DNA of 64,000 bases from Christensenellales bacterium. Lineage in GTDB: Bacteria > Bacillota > Clostridia > Christensenellales > DTU072. This document shows positions 28,031 through 40,600 of the stretch, piece by piece (the first letter of the stretch is position 1; each line of letters opens with the position of its first letter). Under the pieces are notes generated by a model. The model saw only the letters and a program-made list of their open reading frames with translations, was not told the origin of the DNA and did not search any database. The stretch spans positions 6,480-70,479 of the forward strand of contig JBMNTS010000002.1 of the NCBI GenBank assembly GCA_050945855.1, given 5' to 3'. The position numbers and the translations under genes were made by a program.

Positions 28031-29827
28031 TTAATTATTTTTTAAATATTCCGCAATTGCCTTAGCCCTTTTCTCGCCCAAACCGGGAATCTCGCAAAGC
28101 TCTTTTACCGAAGCGTTTTTAATATTTTCAATGCTTTTGAATTTGTCCAAAAGCAAGAGCGCGAAGCGTTCCCCCACTCCCTCTATCTGGGTAAGGCGGG
28201 AGGAAAGCATACGCTTTTCGCGTAATGACTGATGATAAGTAAGGGCAAAACGGTGCGCCTCGTCTCTTACCCTTTGCAATAGCTTCAGCGCGTAGCTGTC
28301 ACGGGGCAGCCTTATGGGATTATCGCATTCCGGGGTATATATTTCCTCCTCCGCTTTCGCCAAGCCTATAATGGGCGCATCCAAGCCCTTTGCCACAGCT
28401 AAAGCGGAAGATAGCTGACCTTTGCCGCCGTCAATGACGACAAGGTCGGGTTTTTGCTCAAAGCCCGCTCCCCCCTCCTTGTATCGCTGCGTCCTGCGCG
28501 CAAGCGCCTCTCTTATGCTGGCAAAATCGTCCGCGCCCTCCACCGTCTTTATCTTAAAGCGCCTGTAGCTTTTTGCGTGCTTTTCTCCGTTGACAAATAC
28601 CACCATGGAGGCTACCTTATCCGTGCCGCTGATATTGCTGATATCGTAACACTCTATGCGCCTTGGAGGCGCGGGCAGGTTAAGACGCTCCTTTAATTCG
28701 GCTACCGCTCCCCCCGTTTGAGCCAGCTTGCTCTCGATTTTTGCCTGCTGCTTATTTAGATACTCCAGCGCGTTGTTGTAGGATAATTCCACAAGCCTTT
28801 TCTTCTCTCCCTTTTTGGGCACGATAATGCGTACGGTTTTGCCCGCCTTTTCGCGCAGCCACTCTGATAATTGCTCGGAGAATTGAATGCTTTCCATCAA
28901 TAATATTTCGTCAATACGCGGGCTGTTGATTTGATAATACTGAATTATGTAAGAGGACAAATCGGTCTCAACCGAATTGTAAGGGAAGTTTTCGCTGCCC
29001 AGCAGTTTGCCTCCTCTGAAAATCATTATATTGATGACCGAATGCGTATCGCTGCTGGCTATGGTGAATAAGTCCATATCCTTATTATTGGGCAGCGCGG
29101 TAATTTGCTTTCTTGTGATTTTTGCCAAAAGTTCCAGCCCGTCGCGGTACATTTTTGCCAGCTCGAATTCTTCCTTTTCCGCGGCGGAAAGCATTTTTTC
29201 CTTTAGAATTCTCTCTATCTCTTTATCGTCCCCGTTTAAAAACGCTATTACCTTATTGATAATCTCCGCGTATTCCTCTTCGGTAACCCTGCCCGTGCAT
29301 GGGGCAAGACATCTCTTTATATGGAAGTTTAGGCATTCCCGCCCGTTCTTTTTTGGCAGCTTATCCGAACAGGAGCGCAAGGGAAAGGCGAAATGTATCA
29401 ACTCCAGAATATCCTTTATCCTTACCCCCAGCAAAAACGGACCGAAATAACGCGCACCGTCCTTTTTGATTTTTCTGGTGCCTTCCACTCTCGGAAAGGG
29501 CTCTTTAATATTGATTTTAATGTACGGATACGTCTTGTCGTCCTTTAACAAAATGTTATAAGGCGGCTGATGTTTTTTTATCAGATTGTTTTCCAGCACA
29601 AGCGCTTCCAGCTCGTTGTTGGTGATTATATACCTGAAATCATCAATTCTGGATACCAAAGCCATGGTTTTGGCTGTGTTAACCGCCGATGTCTGAAAAT
29701 ATTGCTTTACCCTGTTCTTCAGGCTTTTTGCCTTGCCTACGTAAAGAATGTCCCTGTACTCGTCCAGAAAAATATATACGCCGCTTTGAGCGGGCAGCGC
29801 CGCGAGCCTTGCCTTAACGTCTTTCAT
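28031..29827 (-). CDS. uvrC: excinuclease ABC subunit C
   Basis: Start moved to ATG 29827 (MKDVKARLAALPAQSGVYIFLDEYRDILYVGKAKSLKNRVKQYF, the GIY-YIG domain). It also has a UVR domain, an endonuclease domain and a C-terminal (HhH)2. Confidence 0.95.
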   Translation of the reverse strand: MKDVKARLAALPAQSGVYIFLDEYRDILYVGKAKSLKNRVKQYFQTSAVNTAKTMALVSRIDDFRYIITNNELEALVLENNLIKKHQPPYNILLKDDKTYPYIKINIKEPFPRVEGTRKIKKDGARYFGPFLLGVRIKDILELIHFAFPLRSCSDKLPKKNGRECLNFHIKRCLAPCTGRVTEEEYAEIINKVIAFLNGDDKEIERILKEKMLSAAEKEEFELAKMYRDGLELLAKITRKQITALPNNKDMDLFTIASSDTHSVINIMIFRGGKLLGSENFPYNSVETDLSSYIIQYYQINSPRIDEILLMESIQFSEQLSEWLREKAGKTVRIIVPKKGEKKRLVELSYNNALEYLNKQQAKIESKLAQTGGAVAELKERLNLPAPPRRIECYDISNISGTDKVASMVVFVNGEKHAKSYRRFKIKTVEGADDFASIREALARRTQRYKEGGAGFEQKPDLVVIDGGKGQLSSALAVAKGLDAPIIGLAKAEEEIYTPECDNPIRLPRDSYALKLLQRVRDEAHRFALTYHQSLREKRMLSSRLTQIEGVGERFALLLLDKFKSIENIKNASVKELCEIPGLGEKRAKAIAEYLKNN

Positions 29828-29834
29828 AATTGAT

Positions 29835-29863
29835 ATATTACCACGAATGGGAGAAAAATTCAA
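29835..29863 (-). promoter_or_regulatory. sigma-A-type promoter abutting the uvrC start codon (leaderless geometry)
   Basis: Minus-strand TTGAAT (29863-29858), 17 nt ending in TGG, TAATAT (29840-29835), 7 nt, then ATG 29827. No SD is present. Confidence 0.45.
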
Positions 29864-29918
29864 TTAAGCGCAACCCACCCGGGAAAAAGACGGGGCACCT
29901 TAAATAATTATATCCTTA

Positions 29919-31283
29919 TTATTGCGCTTTCAGCTTAAACGATTTTCTTTTTGCCAATACCGTTATGGCGATAAAAAGGGCGGAAAATAATGTGGATATG
30001 GGCATAGCGCATCCTATGCCGAACAAGCCTAAATCAAAATATATACCTAATAAATATGCAAGGGGGACGCGTAAAACCAAGGAGGTAAGAATAGCCGTAA
30101 GCATAGTGATATTTGTCTTTCCGTATCCGTTTACCAGCCCGTAAAGCGAAGTGGCGAAGGGCAGGATAAGATAGTCAATGCTTAAAACGCGCAAATATGG
30201 CAGACCCATACGCAGCGTGCGCCCGTCGCAATTAAACATCGCAAATATTCCCTTGCTGGCAATCAGGGTAAAGGCGGCAAATACAATGCCGAAGGCAAAG
30301 GTGATTAAAGAGCCGTAAATAAAGGTCTTTTTCACCCGCTTGTATTCGCCCTTGCCCACGTTTTGGGCTATCATGGCGCTTATCGCCATGGAGAGCGCGC
30401 GGGAGGGCAATATGGCAAAGTTGTTGTATTTGGTTACTATTATTCCCGCGGCGGAAGTGTACACCGCCTCCCCTTTCCCAATTGAGTTGACAAAGCCGGT
30501 AATCAACAAAAAGGACAGCGCTGCCACGCTGTTTTGAATCGCGCCGGGTATTGCTACTGCCATTATTTTTTTTATCTCTTCTTTATCCGGCGAAAAGGAA
30601 AAGGGCTTAATGCTTATGCCGCTCTTTTTAATAAACAAATGCGCGATTACCGTACTTAAAGCGTGACTGATCACGGAAGCCAGTGCCACGCCTGCCTCCT
30701 TTAAGTTTAAAACTAACACAAATAAGGCGTCCAGGGCGGCATTGACCGCTAACGCGATAACCGCAATATACATGGGGCGTTTGCTGTCGCCCGCTCCCCT
30801 GAGAATAGCAATTTGCCCGTTGAAAATAAATAAAAAGGGGATGCCCGCTGCGGATAGCAGAGTGAACACTCTTGCCGCCGGAAAAGCCTCCTGCGGCGTC
30901 CTTAGCAGGCGCAAAAGAGGGTTGTGCAAAGCGGTTACCACTACCGTAATAAATATGGCTACGGCTAAAAATATAAAGAACATATTATCGGTAAGCTTTT
31001 GAATGTCTTTTTTTCCCTTGCCGTAATTCTGACCTACCACAACAGTCCCTCCCAATCCCAGACCGATGGCAAGGGCAAGTATCAGTATATATAATTGCGC
31101 CCCCGTCCCCACTCCGGAAATGCTTGCGTCCTCTCCCTTGATGCCGATAATCATTAAGTCAGTAATGTTGGCAAAAGCCTGGCACAAAGTGGTAATCAAA
31201 TACGGCAGAGAATACAAAATCAGCCTTTTTGCCACTTTCCCTTGGGTAAGGTCCTGATAATGGCTTTTTTGCGGTTGTTTCAT
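29919..31283 (-). CDS. MATE-family efflux transporter
   Basis: 454 aa with 12 TM helices. The N-terminal DLTQGKVAKRLILYSLPYLITTLCQAFANITDLMIIG is typical of the MATE/NorM family. Confidence 0.85.
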   Translation of the reverse strand: MKQPQKSHYQDLTQGKVAKRLILYSLPYLITTLCQAFANITDLMIIGIKGEDASISGVGTGAQLYILILALAIGLGLGGTVVVGQNYGKGKKDIQKLTDNMFFIFLAVAIFITVVVTALHNPLLRLLRTPQEAFPAARVFTLLSAAGIPFLFIFNGQIAILRGAGDSKRPMYIAVIALAVNAALDALFVLVLNLKEAGVALASVISHALSTVIAHLFIKKSGISIKPFSFSPDKEEIKKIMAVAIPGAIQNSVAALSFLLITGFVNSIGKGEAVYTSAAGIIVTKYNNFAILPSRALSMAISAMIAQNVGKGEYKRVKKTFIYGSLITFAFGIVFAAFTLIASKGIFAMFNCDGRTLRMGLPYLRVLSIDYLILPFATSLYGLVNGYGKTNITMLTAILTSLVLRVPLAYLLGIYFDLGLFGIGCAMPISTLFSALFIAITVLAKRKSFKLKAQ

Positions 31284-31338
31284 TGCTTTCTAGTATGCTG
31301 TTTTTTTATCGTTTTAGCAAAAAACTAGTTGCATATAC

Positions 31339-31367
31339 TTGCAAAAATATCATACCTATGTTAAAAT
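31339..31367 (+). promoter_or_regulatory. sigma-A-type promoter for tRNA-Glu
   Basis: TTGCAA (31339-31344), 17 nt with a TG extension, TAAAAT (31362-31367), 12 nt before the tRNA 5' end. Confidence 0.5.
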
Positions 31368-31379
31368 ACTTGAGCATTA

Positions 31380-31454
31380 GCCCTCATAGTCTAACGGTTA
31401 GGACGCTGGCCTCTCACGCCGGTATTAGGAGTTCGAGTCTCCTTGGGGGTACCA
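31380..31454 (+). tRNA. tRNA-Glu (anticodon CUC), CCA encoded
   Basis: Cloverleaf folded by hand. Acceptor GCCCTCA/TGGGGGT with two G-U pairs, D arm GTCT..AGGAC, anticodon stem CTGGC/GCCGG with loop CTCTCAC (anticodon CTC), T arm AGGAG-TTCGAGT-CTCCT, then ACCA. Confidence 0.9.
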
Positions 31455-31460
31455 GATAGA

Positions 31461-31497
31461 AAAGGTGAAAAACGGATAGTTCTTCACCTTTTTTGTT
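31461..31497 (+). terminator. intrinsic terminator after tRNA-Glu
   Basis: AAAGGTGAA, 13-nt loop, TTCACCTTT, followed by TTTTGTTT. Confidence 0.7.
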
Positions 31498-31552
31498 TAT
31501 GCGACAATAAGGAATCAAGCCGCTGACATTTATCGGTATTTCAACGATTTAC

Positions 31553-31584
31553 AAAAGAAGCCCGAATTGCTTCGGGCTTCTTTT
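31553..31584 (-). terminator. intrinsic (bidirectional-looking) terminator after the giant gene
   Basis: AAAA-GAAGCCCGAA-ttgc-TTCGGGCTTC-TTTT. A 10-bp GC-rich stem flanked by A and T tracts, 21 nt after the stop codon at 31605. Confidence 0.75.
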
Positions 31585-31604
31585 CATAAGCGTTTTGCGG
31601 AACT

Positions 31605-34600
31605 TTAAATCTCGCCCTCTCCCACCAGTAAGTTAAGTTTGAAGATACTGGAGTTAGTGAGTTTTACGCCTGCCCACGTATAGTTGCCTAAGAACATCTG
31701 ATTGGAAATCATGGTCGGCACAGTCCCCTGGAATACCCAGTTCCTGCTGTCGTTGGCGTACGGGAAATAGCCTGTAACGCCCGGTCTGCCGTCCACAATA
31801 ATGTTGACCGTATTGGCGGTAACGGGATTGTTTCCGGTGATGACTGGATGGTCAAAGTCTAAAGCCTCTCCGGTGATATGCACAATTATGGTGTGTCTTG
31901 CGCCGTCAGCCAGATTGACTCCGCCGATATCTATAGGCTGCTCGTAGGACAGGTAGCCGTATTGGTTAAAGGTGAACCTGAGTTGTCCGTTGCTGTAAAT
32001 AAGTTTGATTGTCCTGTTACGGTCGGTCGCTCCAGGAGGCAGCAGATTGGATACATCGTTGCTTGCTATGATAAATTCCACCTCGCCGTTAGCCTGCATT
32101 GTCAGGTTCTGAATATCTACACGGTAGGTATTGTAGCTGCGCAGGTATACGCCGTTGAAGCCGTCGTTGAGGGAAATCACTTTGGACGCGCCGGTCGCGG
32201 AAATCTGCTTGTCTCTGGGTACGTACTCATAGCCGCCGTCTTTTATCTCCACATATTCGTGCCGCGCGGAATCTACTTTCTTGTCTCCCGCTATAAGCCT
32301 GTAAAGCGTAACTCTGGATTCGTAAAGCTCAAAGGCTACATTGGATATCTGCGGATAAGTATTTACAGGCGAAAGCGTACAAATCTCGTTGATAACGGTG
32401 CGCGGAATCAGGCTGTTGGAACTGCTGCTTACGTTATACATCGTAGTATAGGTATCCAGTCTTATCACGGTCAGTGCTTGCGCCGACGTGAGATAATCCG
32501 TATAAATCATCAGCAGTATTACGTCGTTATCTTCGTCAAAGGTGGCGTCAATCCTTACCTTGCCGGACAGCCAGTCAATATCCGTCCTTATCGCGGAAAC
32601 GAACTTAAACGCGCTGGCGCCGTTGGCCTGCAGGTAAACCCTTGTGGAAGGATTGCCCGAAGCGCTGTCATAGCCTATAGCCAAAGCCAATCCGATAAAT
32701 GACGGGTCGTTGGTGGTGGCAGTATACGCGTTTAATGTGTTGCTGTTGGTCTTTAAGCTGATAATAGCAAAGCTTTCGGTATTGGAAACGCCGTATAAGC
32801 CGCCGCGCGGGTCAAAGGTCCTGTACATCTCGTTATAGCTGGCGCGGTCAAGCTCGAATACCATTGACAGCCTGTTGTATTGCGCGGTAATTCCGCTTGC
32901 AAGCGTAATCGTGGTAGAACCGGTGTCCGTCGTGGCAATCAGTTCGTCGCCGTTGTAAGCGTGACCGAAAGCCTTATTAATGTTTCTCATATCGGGAATG
33001 GTTGTCGCCGTCGCCAGTTTTGCCTCGAAATATGCTTGCGCGGAAACCACTGTAATCCTCGCGGTATATTCCGCCAATACGTCATAATCCGTAAAGTTGT
33101 TGAATATGGTGCAGGTAATATCGTAATATCCCGGCGTGAAGATGTGCTGTACCGCTTGAACGGGCAGACCCGTAATATGGCTGATAGGCAGCAGTACTTC
33201 GGGCAGCGCGACATCGTTTATCTTATAAAGCACGGAGTAAGCGGTGCCGGCCGCGACATTCTTAACCTGGGCAAAGCTGAACAAGGTGTTAAGATTGATA
33301 TTTGCCACGCCTTGGGCATCGGTAACGTATGTCAGCGTATTGTTGGCGTTGGCGACTGACAAGCCCAGCTTGCTCTTGTAACCCTGACGTAATATCCTGT
33401 AATCTTTTACCCAGGCGCTCATATTGGTCACGTCAAATCCGGCTATGGAGTAATCGGTAAATCTTTGAGCGGGTATGTCGATATTATACGTAAAGGTGTC
33501 GTCTATGCTTATCGTCAATCCGCCGTCTCTCTTATTGAGAACGAACATCAAATCGTGCACAAAGCCGTCGGTAAGGAAATCGGTGCCGGAGATATTGATA
33601 TTCGCCTGACCTGTCTCTACCACCCTCAGACCTTCCTGGGTAATCTCTATCGCCAAAGTGTAAGCGCCTTGGGAGTTGAGTATAAGTCTGAAGAGGTTGC
33701 CTGCCACAAGTTTTGAGAATCTGGCGGAGAAGAAAATCTTGTCATAGTTTTCGCTGATAGGCTGATTCATTGCGTCTGTCAATCTGTACTCGTTGCCGCT
33801 TTGAATTTCCGCTCCCATGGTATACGTAGCGTCATTCTGATTCTTCAAGGAATATGAATAATATCCCTGCTCCAGCCTGGAGTATACCCTGATCATTTGG
33901 TCGGTTAAGGAAATATCGGGTATTGCGGCGGGGGCTCCGATTACCGTAAAGTCGCCGGAGAAGATAAAGGGCTCGCTGTAAGTGATGTTGGCAAGTACCT
34001 GATTCCTGTATTCGCCGCTTTGCAAGTATGCGCTGTGGGTAAAGCCTAAATCATTCGCGTTAAGCAGCATTTGCACGCCGTCCTGCCTGTAGCAGCGCAG
34101 CCAAATCAACGCGCCTTCCTCACCGTCGTCAATCAGCAATTCATCCTCTACCACTTCAAAGCCGGTCAGATAGGTATGCACCACGACCTCTCTTTGTATG
34201 CCGTAGAACTCGTAATTATCCAGCGTGTAATTAATTATTGTGGGATAGACATATCTGGTTGTAAACAGCTCGGTAGACCTGACGCTCTTTTCGTTGTCCT
34301 TCCACGTAAGCGAGAAGCTGTCGGAATAGACGTCGATAAATAAGCTTTCAAGGGTGTCGCCGCCGGTAAGACCGTAGGGCAGGGTGCCGTATACAGCTTG
34401 CTCCGCCGGGGTCAACTGAGGATTGACATCAAAGGAGAAATTGCCGGTGAGAACCAGATTTTCGCCTTGCTGCACCAGTTCATGCTTTTCGAAATTTACT
34501 CCGGAAAGTATATGCATCGTGTCGTAGGTGGGAGAAAGAGCGGTCTGCTGATAAGAAGAACCGTTCCAGGTGTAAACCTTTCTCTCATAATCACCCTGGC

Positions 34601-37600
34601 TCACAACCACATATTTCTTGCTTGTTACAGGAGTAAGAGCGGTGCCGTTGTCGGTAAGCGACAGCCAATCGGAAGTGAAAGCAGTGCCCGCCGAACGGGT
34701 AAAGGCCTGAACCGTTTCCGTAGCGCCTACATACAGCCTGCGCTTATTCACAACGTAATCGGTGGGTATATAAGTAACCGTATAATTGGAATAGAAGCCT
34801 TGCCCCACGTTAACGGAAGCGATTACGCCCGCTAAGCCTGTGTAGCTTCCGGCGCCGATCAGCCATTCAAAAGCAGGCTCCACGTAATTGGGGTGTCCGG
34901 GACCTTCGTCCATTACAAAGCCGGTAAAGTCAAAGTCATAATCAGGCTGTTCGCCGTATGTCGCGGTTAATGTAGAACCGCTTTGGGGCACAATCTTAAT
35001 GCTTAACGGCGTTCTGATAATCTCAAGAGCGCATTCGTAACTCTCGGGGAAGTCAAAGTAGTAGTTTTGATTGGGGCCTCCGTTCTCGTGATACAGCATT
35101 ACCGTAAAGACGGAGCCTACATTGCTGCCGCGCAGGGCAGCCCCCGAAATTACTTCATAATCGGGTTCGTACTGCAGGCTTCCTTCGCCGAATTTATAAC
35201 CGGTGAATTCAAAGCTTAAATCTTCTTCGCCGCGCCCGTACATTATTTCAAATCTGTTGTTGGCATTAAACTGCATCTGAATGGGAGCGCGCTTAATTTC
35301 AAAGATCGCCGAAGTGTTGGGGGCGGGCTTGTAGTTGGAATCCGCTCTGAACCTTATTTCAGGCGCGGTAATCGGATACAAGCCTGCGTTGGACTCTCTG
35401 CTGATAGGACAATAAATCTGACTGAGCTCCTCTAACAAGCCGACGTCGGCAACGCTTTCTCCCGATACTATGCCGGAGACATCCACCACCAGTTTGGCGT
35501 AATTTCTGATAAAGGTATATTCTCCGAAGGTTTCGAATATTTCGTTTCCGCCTTCCTGGTTTTTGATAAATACGTTGATTTCTTTATGGTCAATGCGGAA
35601 ATGCCAGGTATGCATATAGCTGAAAGAGTAATTGGGATTCAATTCCACAAGCTGCTGAATATTAAAGTTGTAGCTGCCCACGTTTTCTCCCGATTCTCTG
35701 GTTATATTGCCCTGCAGGGTCTCGCCCTCGACCAAGCTCACCGGTGTTACGCCGTAAGTAATGGCGGGGTCAAGGTCGCCGTAAACCTTGCTGCCTGTAA
35801 TATTGGTAAAGGTAACGGGACGCTGATTGATGGTAAAGGTAGTGTTAAGACTTTGGGTAATCGTATGGTTGCGGTCGGAGCAAATTACCGTAAACGGATA
35901 GGCTCCCGCGTCTTTTCTTGTCTCATCCTGCCATACAACTTCTATGGACAATCTGCCATTGGTTAAATTGGTCTGGAAGTTGCCCTGATAATTGGTAAAG
36001 TTGAAATTATTGGCAAGAATCTGAGCATTGGTACCGTCATAAGCCTTGGACAAGTAATTGTTGTTAAGCCTTAATGTAGCGCTTTGCTTGGTTATTCTGT
36101 ATTTGTAGTCCTGCAAGAGCCTTAAAACATAATTCCTGTTTTCCGATTGAGGCTTAAACGCCACGCTTACATTGAATTCGCCGACGTCCGCCTGTGACCA
36201 GCCTGTGTAATCAATGCCGGCCTCTTCGATTCTCTCAAAAGTGAAGTCTAAATCATTGATGGAAATAGCGGCGATGCCCGCATTCATATAATTAATATTG
36301 GGCGCGTAAGTGTCATAAGTCTTGGTAATTATACCTTCGGTGGACTGCAGGAATATGTCCGCAATCGCCTGTTCGATTATAAAGGTATAATCCTTCATTA
36401 CACCTCCCACCTGCACTTTTGCCAGCGTAAGCACATTGTTGCGCGCAAAGAAGGTTTCTGTCAAAACAGCGCTTATATCATAACCAATTATTTCGTCTTC
36501 AGCGTTAAATCTTACGTTTTTGGGAGGTTGAGTAGAGCCGGAAGGATTAACAACAAAGATGTTGAAGTCAAACTCCATACCGTAATATGTGCCGTTATTA
36601 TATAAGGTATTGCCGTCCGCGTCCTTAATCTCCGCAAGGAACTTGTTAACTCTTGCTTCCTGACCGGTATAAGGCACCCTTATTTCGTTGCTGCCTTCGG
36701 GCGCTTGCTTAAGATAGAGGGTCAGCTCTCTCTTATTAATGGTTACCGTCATTGAAGGCGCGGAAGCGGGAAGCTTGTAATTGGAATTATCCAACCCCAA
36801 TACCGCAATATTATACGTTCCCACTTCAAGCGCGCTGTAAAGATTGATTTCTACCTGAATCTGATCAGGTTCGAATACGTCATCGGGATGCACTATTGCC
36901 GCGAAATAATAAGCGGACTCCTTAAAAGTGAGGTCGGACTCCAGATCCTGATAGGTATTCTCGCCAATCCTTTCCTTGAACTGGATACGCACCTCTTTCT
37001 GCGTTATCGTGAAGAGGTAGCCTTCGGGATTGCTGAATACTATATTATGATTGGTGTCGTTATTTTGAATAGCCGCGTAATAATTGCCCACATTGCGCGA
37101 ACCGGTAGGGAATACTACGCTGACGTTTGCGGAATTGATATTGTAACCGTTGATTAAAACATAATCGCTCGCGGTAATCGATGGAGCCTGACCGTTGTAT
37201 ACTCTGGTCAGTTTTTCCGCGGGAATCTCGATAACGGCGTCTCTCTTTGTAATCGTGAATCTGGCGGAAACAAAGTTCTCTATTATGTAATTGCTGTTGT
37301 AAAGAGAGCCTAACAATATATCGTATTCGCCCACGGGGTCATTTTGCAGTCCGCCGCCTTGAGATGCCCTTCCCAATTGTCCTGACAAGGTGTCCCCTTC
37401 TTTAAGACCGCTGGAGGGATTGCCCGCTATGGGATTTACTCTGTATTGGAAGGAGGCGGGATCCGGAGTGCCGTATATCTTGCTGCCGTCTTCCGGCGTC
37501 TCAAAAATTACTTCTACCTCGATAGGTCTTTGCAATACCGTAAGATATCCCATCTCGTAATGGATTTCATAATTGCTCCAGGAAAGTCCGCTCGCATAAA

Positions 37601-40600
37601 TGGGATAGGTGCCGATAATGGAATTGATATTGGCTGTAGTCTGCATAACTAAGGTGTTGCCCAGCGAAGCGGGAGTATCCGAATACGCAAAAGCGTTGGG
37701 ATTGCGTATGCCTCCGCCTATCGGCGCAGGCTCCGCATAGTATTTTACCGTTAAGGTGGGGTTGGGGTCGCCGTATACTCTCTGCAGATTGTCCGCGACT
37801 ACATAAATATCTTTCTTGGTAATTGTAACCGTATTTGAAATAAAGGAGATGTTGTAATTGGGGTTGTTGGCGTTGGTAAGGTCGCCCTGAGTGATGACGT
37901 ACTCGCCCACATCATTGTTGGCGGGTCTCATAAGACCGCCGTAAAGGGTATCCCCTTCCACTCTGCCGCTCTCCGGCTCCTCGGTGCCGTAAACGTCGTA
38001 AGTAAGCACAATATTGGCTATGCCGTAAACTCTTTCCTGATGATGCGCCTCAATAACTATGTCACGGCGATGAATGGTAAAGATACCTACGTTATAACCC
38101 TGATATACATAAGAGATAGCATAATTGTCGGATTGCAGGCCGCTCAGGATAATGGAATACGCTCCCGCGGGGGTCTTTTGTCCTATCGCGGGCAGGATAG
38201 TCCCCGTGCCCGATTGATATTGGATATTGAGAGTATCCCCGAAAATGCTGCCGTTCTGACCGTACGCGAACGCCGTATCCTCTCTGCCGTCCACAGGATT
38301 GAGGTATCTGATGCTGATTTCCGGATTTTCCGCGCCATAAATCTTTTCCGCGTCCTCGGCGTACACAAATATGGCTTTGGGATAAATTATTATTGTCTTG
38401 CTCTCGTCCCTTAATTCGTTATGTATGGCGTCGCCAGGATAAGTCACCACTACGGTATACTGTCCGACATCGGTGGGCAATTCATTGTGAATCGCTCCCG
38501 TCGCCACGTTGACGTATTGGATTTGAGAGCCGCTCAGCACCGTTGTGGGTTCTGCGGTTTTGTCATATTCTGCATAGCCCATCAATTGATATTCGGGCGC
38601 TGTGGCGGAGCCGTAATAGAAGCTGTATACGTTGGACTGGCTGAACGCCACATGAGCGTACAGTCTGTCGTTCATGGAAATGTTGTACTCCGTAGAACGC
38701 TTTACCGTACCTACGGTGTAGTTGATTACAATGCGCTGCGCCTGATTGGTGCCGGTAAACTCGCGATTGTCAAAAGCGGAAATATCCACATTGAAGGCGG
38801 CGGTGGAAGAGCCTATGACCGCTTCGCTGAGCAGCCTGTGCTCAAAGGTGTTGTTATCGTAATTTACCCTGATTCTGCTTTCGTTGCCGTCCGCGGTAAG
38901 CAGAGTAAACGGCTCGCCCTCTATGTAGTAATACTTAGGCATAGTGATGATTTCAATGCCGGCAAGCAGTTTGGGCAATACGTTGATAACAATGCCTAAC
39001 GTCTTGGATACCCCTTCGTGCGTATAAGTAATGATTATATTCCTGGGGCCTGTGCTGAGGTTGTTCTTATTATAATCGGTATAGCTTTGACGGATGGACA
39101 CTTCCTTTTGCGTGCCGTTGTCATAGTGCGCTATTATGCGCGCGTTGTTGAGGTCTAAATCCATACCCTCTTTTACGTCGGGAATAAAGCTTGCGGGAGC
39201 AAATTCTATGGATACCAGCGTCCTGGGACCTACGTCCAGCATGAACGAAAGCGAATTTTCTCTGTATATGATTCTGGGCTGCTGCTGCGAAGCGTCGCCG
39301 ATATCCAAATCCTCAATCGTGATTTCGTCCAAAATATCCACTAAGAACACATAGTATTCGTCGCCGAACTGCGTAGTCACCAAAATCTCCAATTCGGACG
39401 GGAACACTACCTCTTGTCCCTGGGTAATGTACAGGTGCGGAGTGGTTCCGTCTTTCCAGCTTAGTTGCGTGATTCTGGGCTCGGCAACGGTAATTACGTA
39501 TGAGCAGGTATATTCCCCTAAATATGTGATGGTAATCGTCTGCTCTCCGGGTACGCCTGCCTCAAAGCCGGAAAACTCCAGGTTGGTGTCGTTCCAGTTG
39601 GTTTCACTGAAAGTGTTGTTGTTGAACAGGATGTTGATAAGTATGCCCGAAGTATCCAGTTCATTTTCCGAATTTGCGTCGTACTCCGTCTTGTAAACGG
39701 ATATGCTCTTTATTTCTATGCCGCTGATGGATTTTTCCAGCACTTCTATGGTGGCGGATGTGGTGGCTATCTTGCCCCTCTTGCTTACTCTTACCGTGAA
39801 TGTGCGGAGTCCGGGCGTAAAATCGGTATAATCAAAACCTATTATATTCGTTTCGTAATTAAGCGCCATCTGCTCGGTTTCGCCGTTTTCATAATGCAGG
39901 ATAGCGTAATAGCCCTGCGTGTCTATCTTTAAGCCTTCCAGCACCGTTTCAAATTCCTGATTCAAGGAAACTGACACCAAATCGTTTCTCACGTTGACGT
40001 ATAAATTCACGGAAACGCTGTTGGTATCCATTTCGGAATTGGTATAAGTGAGCTGAAGCGGAATAGGATTGTATTCCCCTTGTACATCGTCAAAATCAAT
40101 ATAATCGAACACCGTGTCAATCCCCTGCCATTCGGAGCCGAAATCGGTGATAAGCACAGGCTCGTTTGCGTCCTCGTATTCGATATTGATCTGCATGCCG
40201 GCAGGGTCAAATGTATCGCCCTTTATGTATGTCATTTTGTCGGGATCGGCTACCACGGATAAGGAAACGGCCTTTCTGATAACCTTTGCGGTAAAATATG
40301 TCTGAATGCTGCCGTACTTGTTTACGTAATTGACGGTAACCTGATGAGTCCCCAATTGATTCTTATCATAACCCGATATATTGGCAGGCTGAAGCGTCGC
40401 TTGCTCCACTCTGCCGCTGTTGTACTCAATAACAAGCCTTATATCCGTCAGATTCAAATCATGATTGAGATAAACCACGCGGGTGGCGGAAGGCGTTATC
40501 TGATAAGAGGAAATGGTGAGCGCGGTAACCTGCACCGTGTATACGGTATCTATAAAGCCGTATTCATCCTGCAGAGAAACGGTAAGGCTTAGCTCTCCCG

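Noticed and set aside
31284-31604. tRNA-Glu next to the giant gene, considered as a possible genomic-island integration site.
   Set aside because: There is no integrase or recombinase, no direct repeat of the tRNA 3' end, and no transposase anywhere in the window. Only ordinary promoter and terminator signals are present.
31878-40592. Numerous plus-strand ORFs of 60-274 aa inside the giant gene (for example 31878..32702, 32880..33359, 34398..34835, 38421..38999, 40626..41018).
   Set aside because: All lie antisense to one uninterrupted 10.2-kb ORF that has clear domain grammar. Their translations are Arg/Gly/Val-rich with no motifs, so they are shadow ORFs produced by the codon bias of the real gene.
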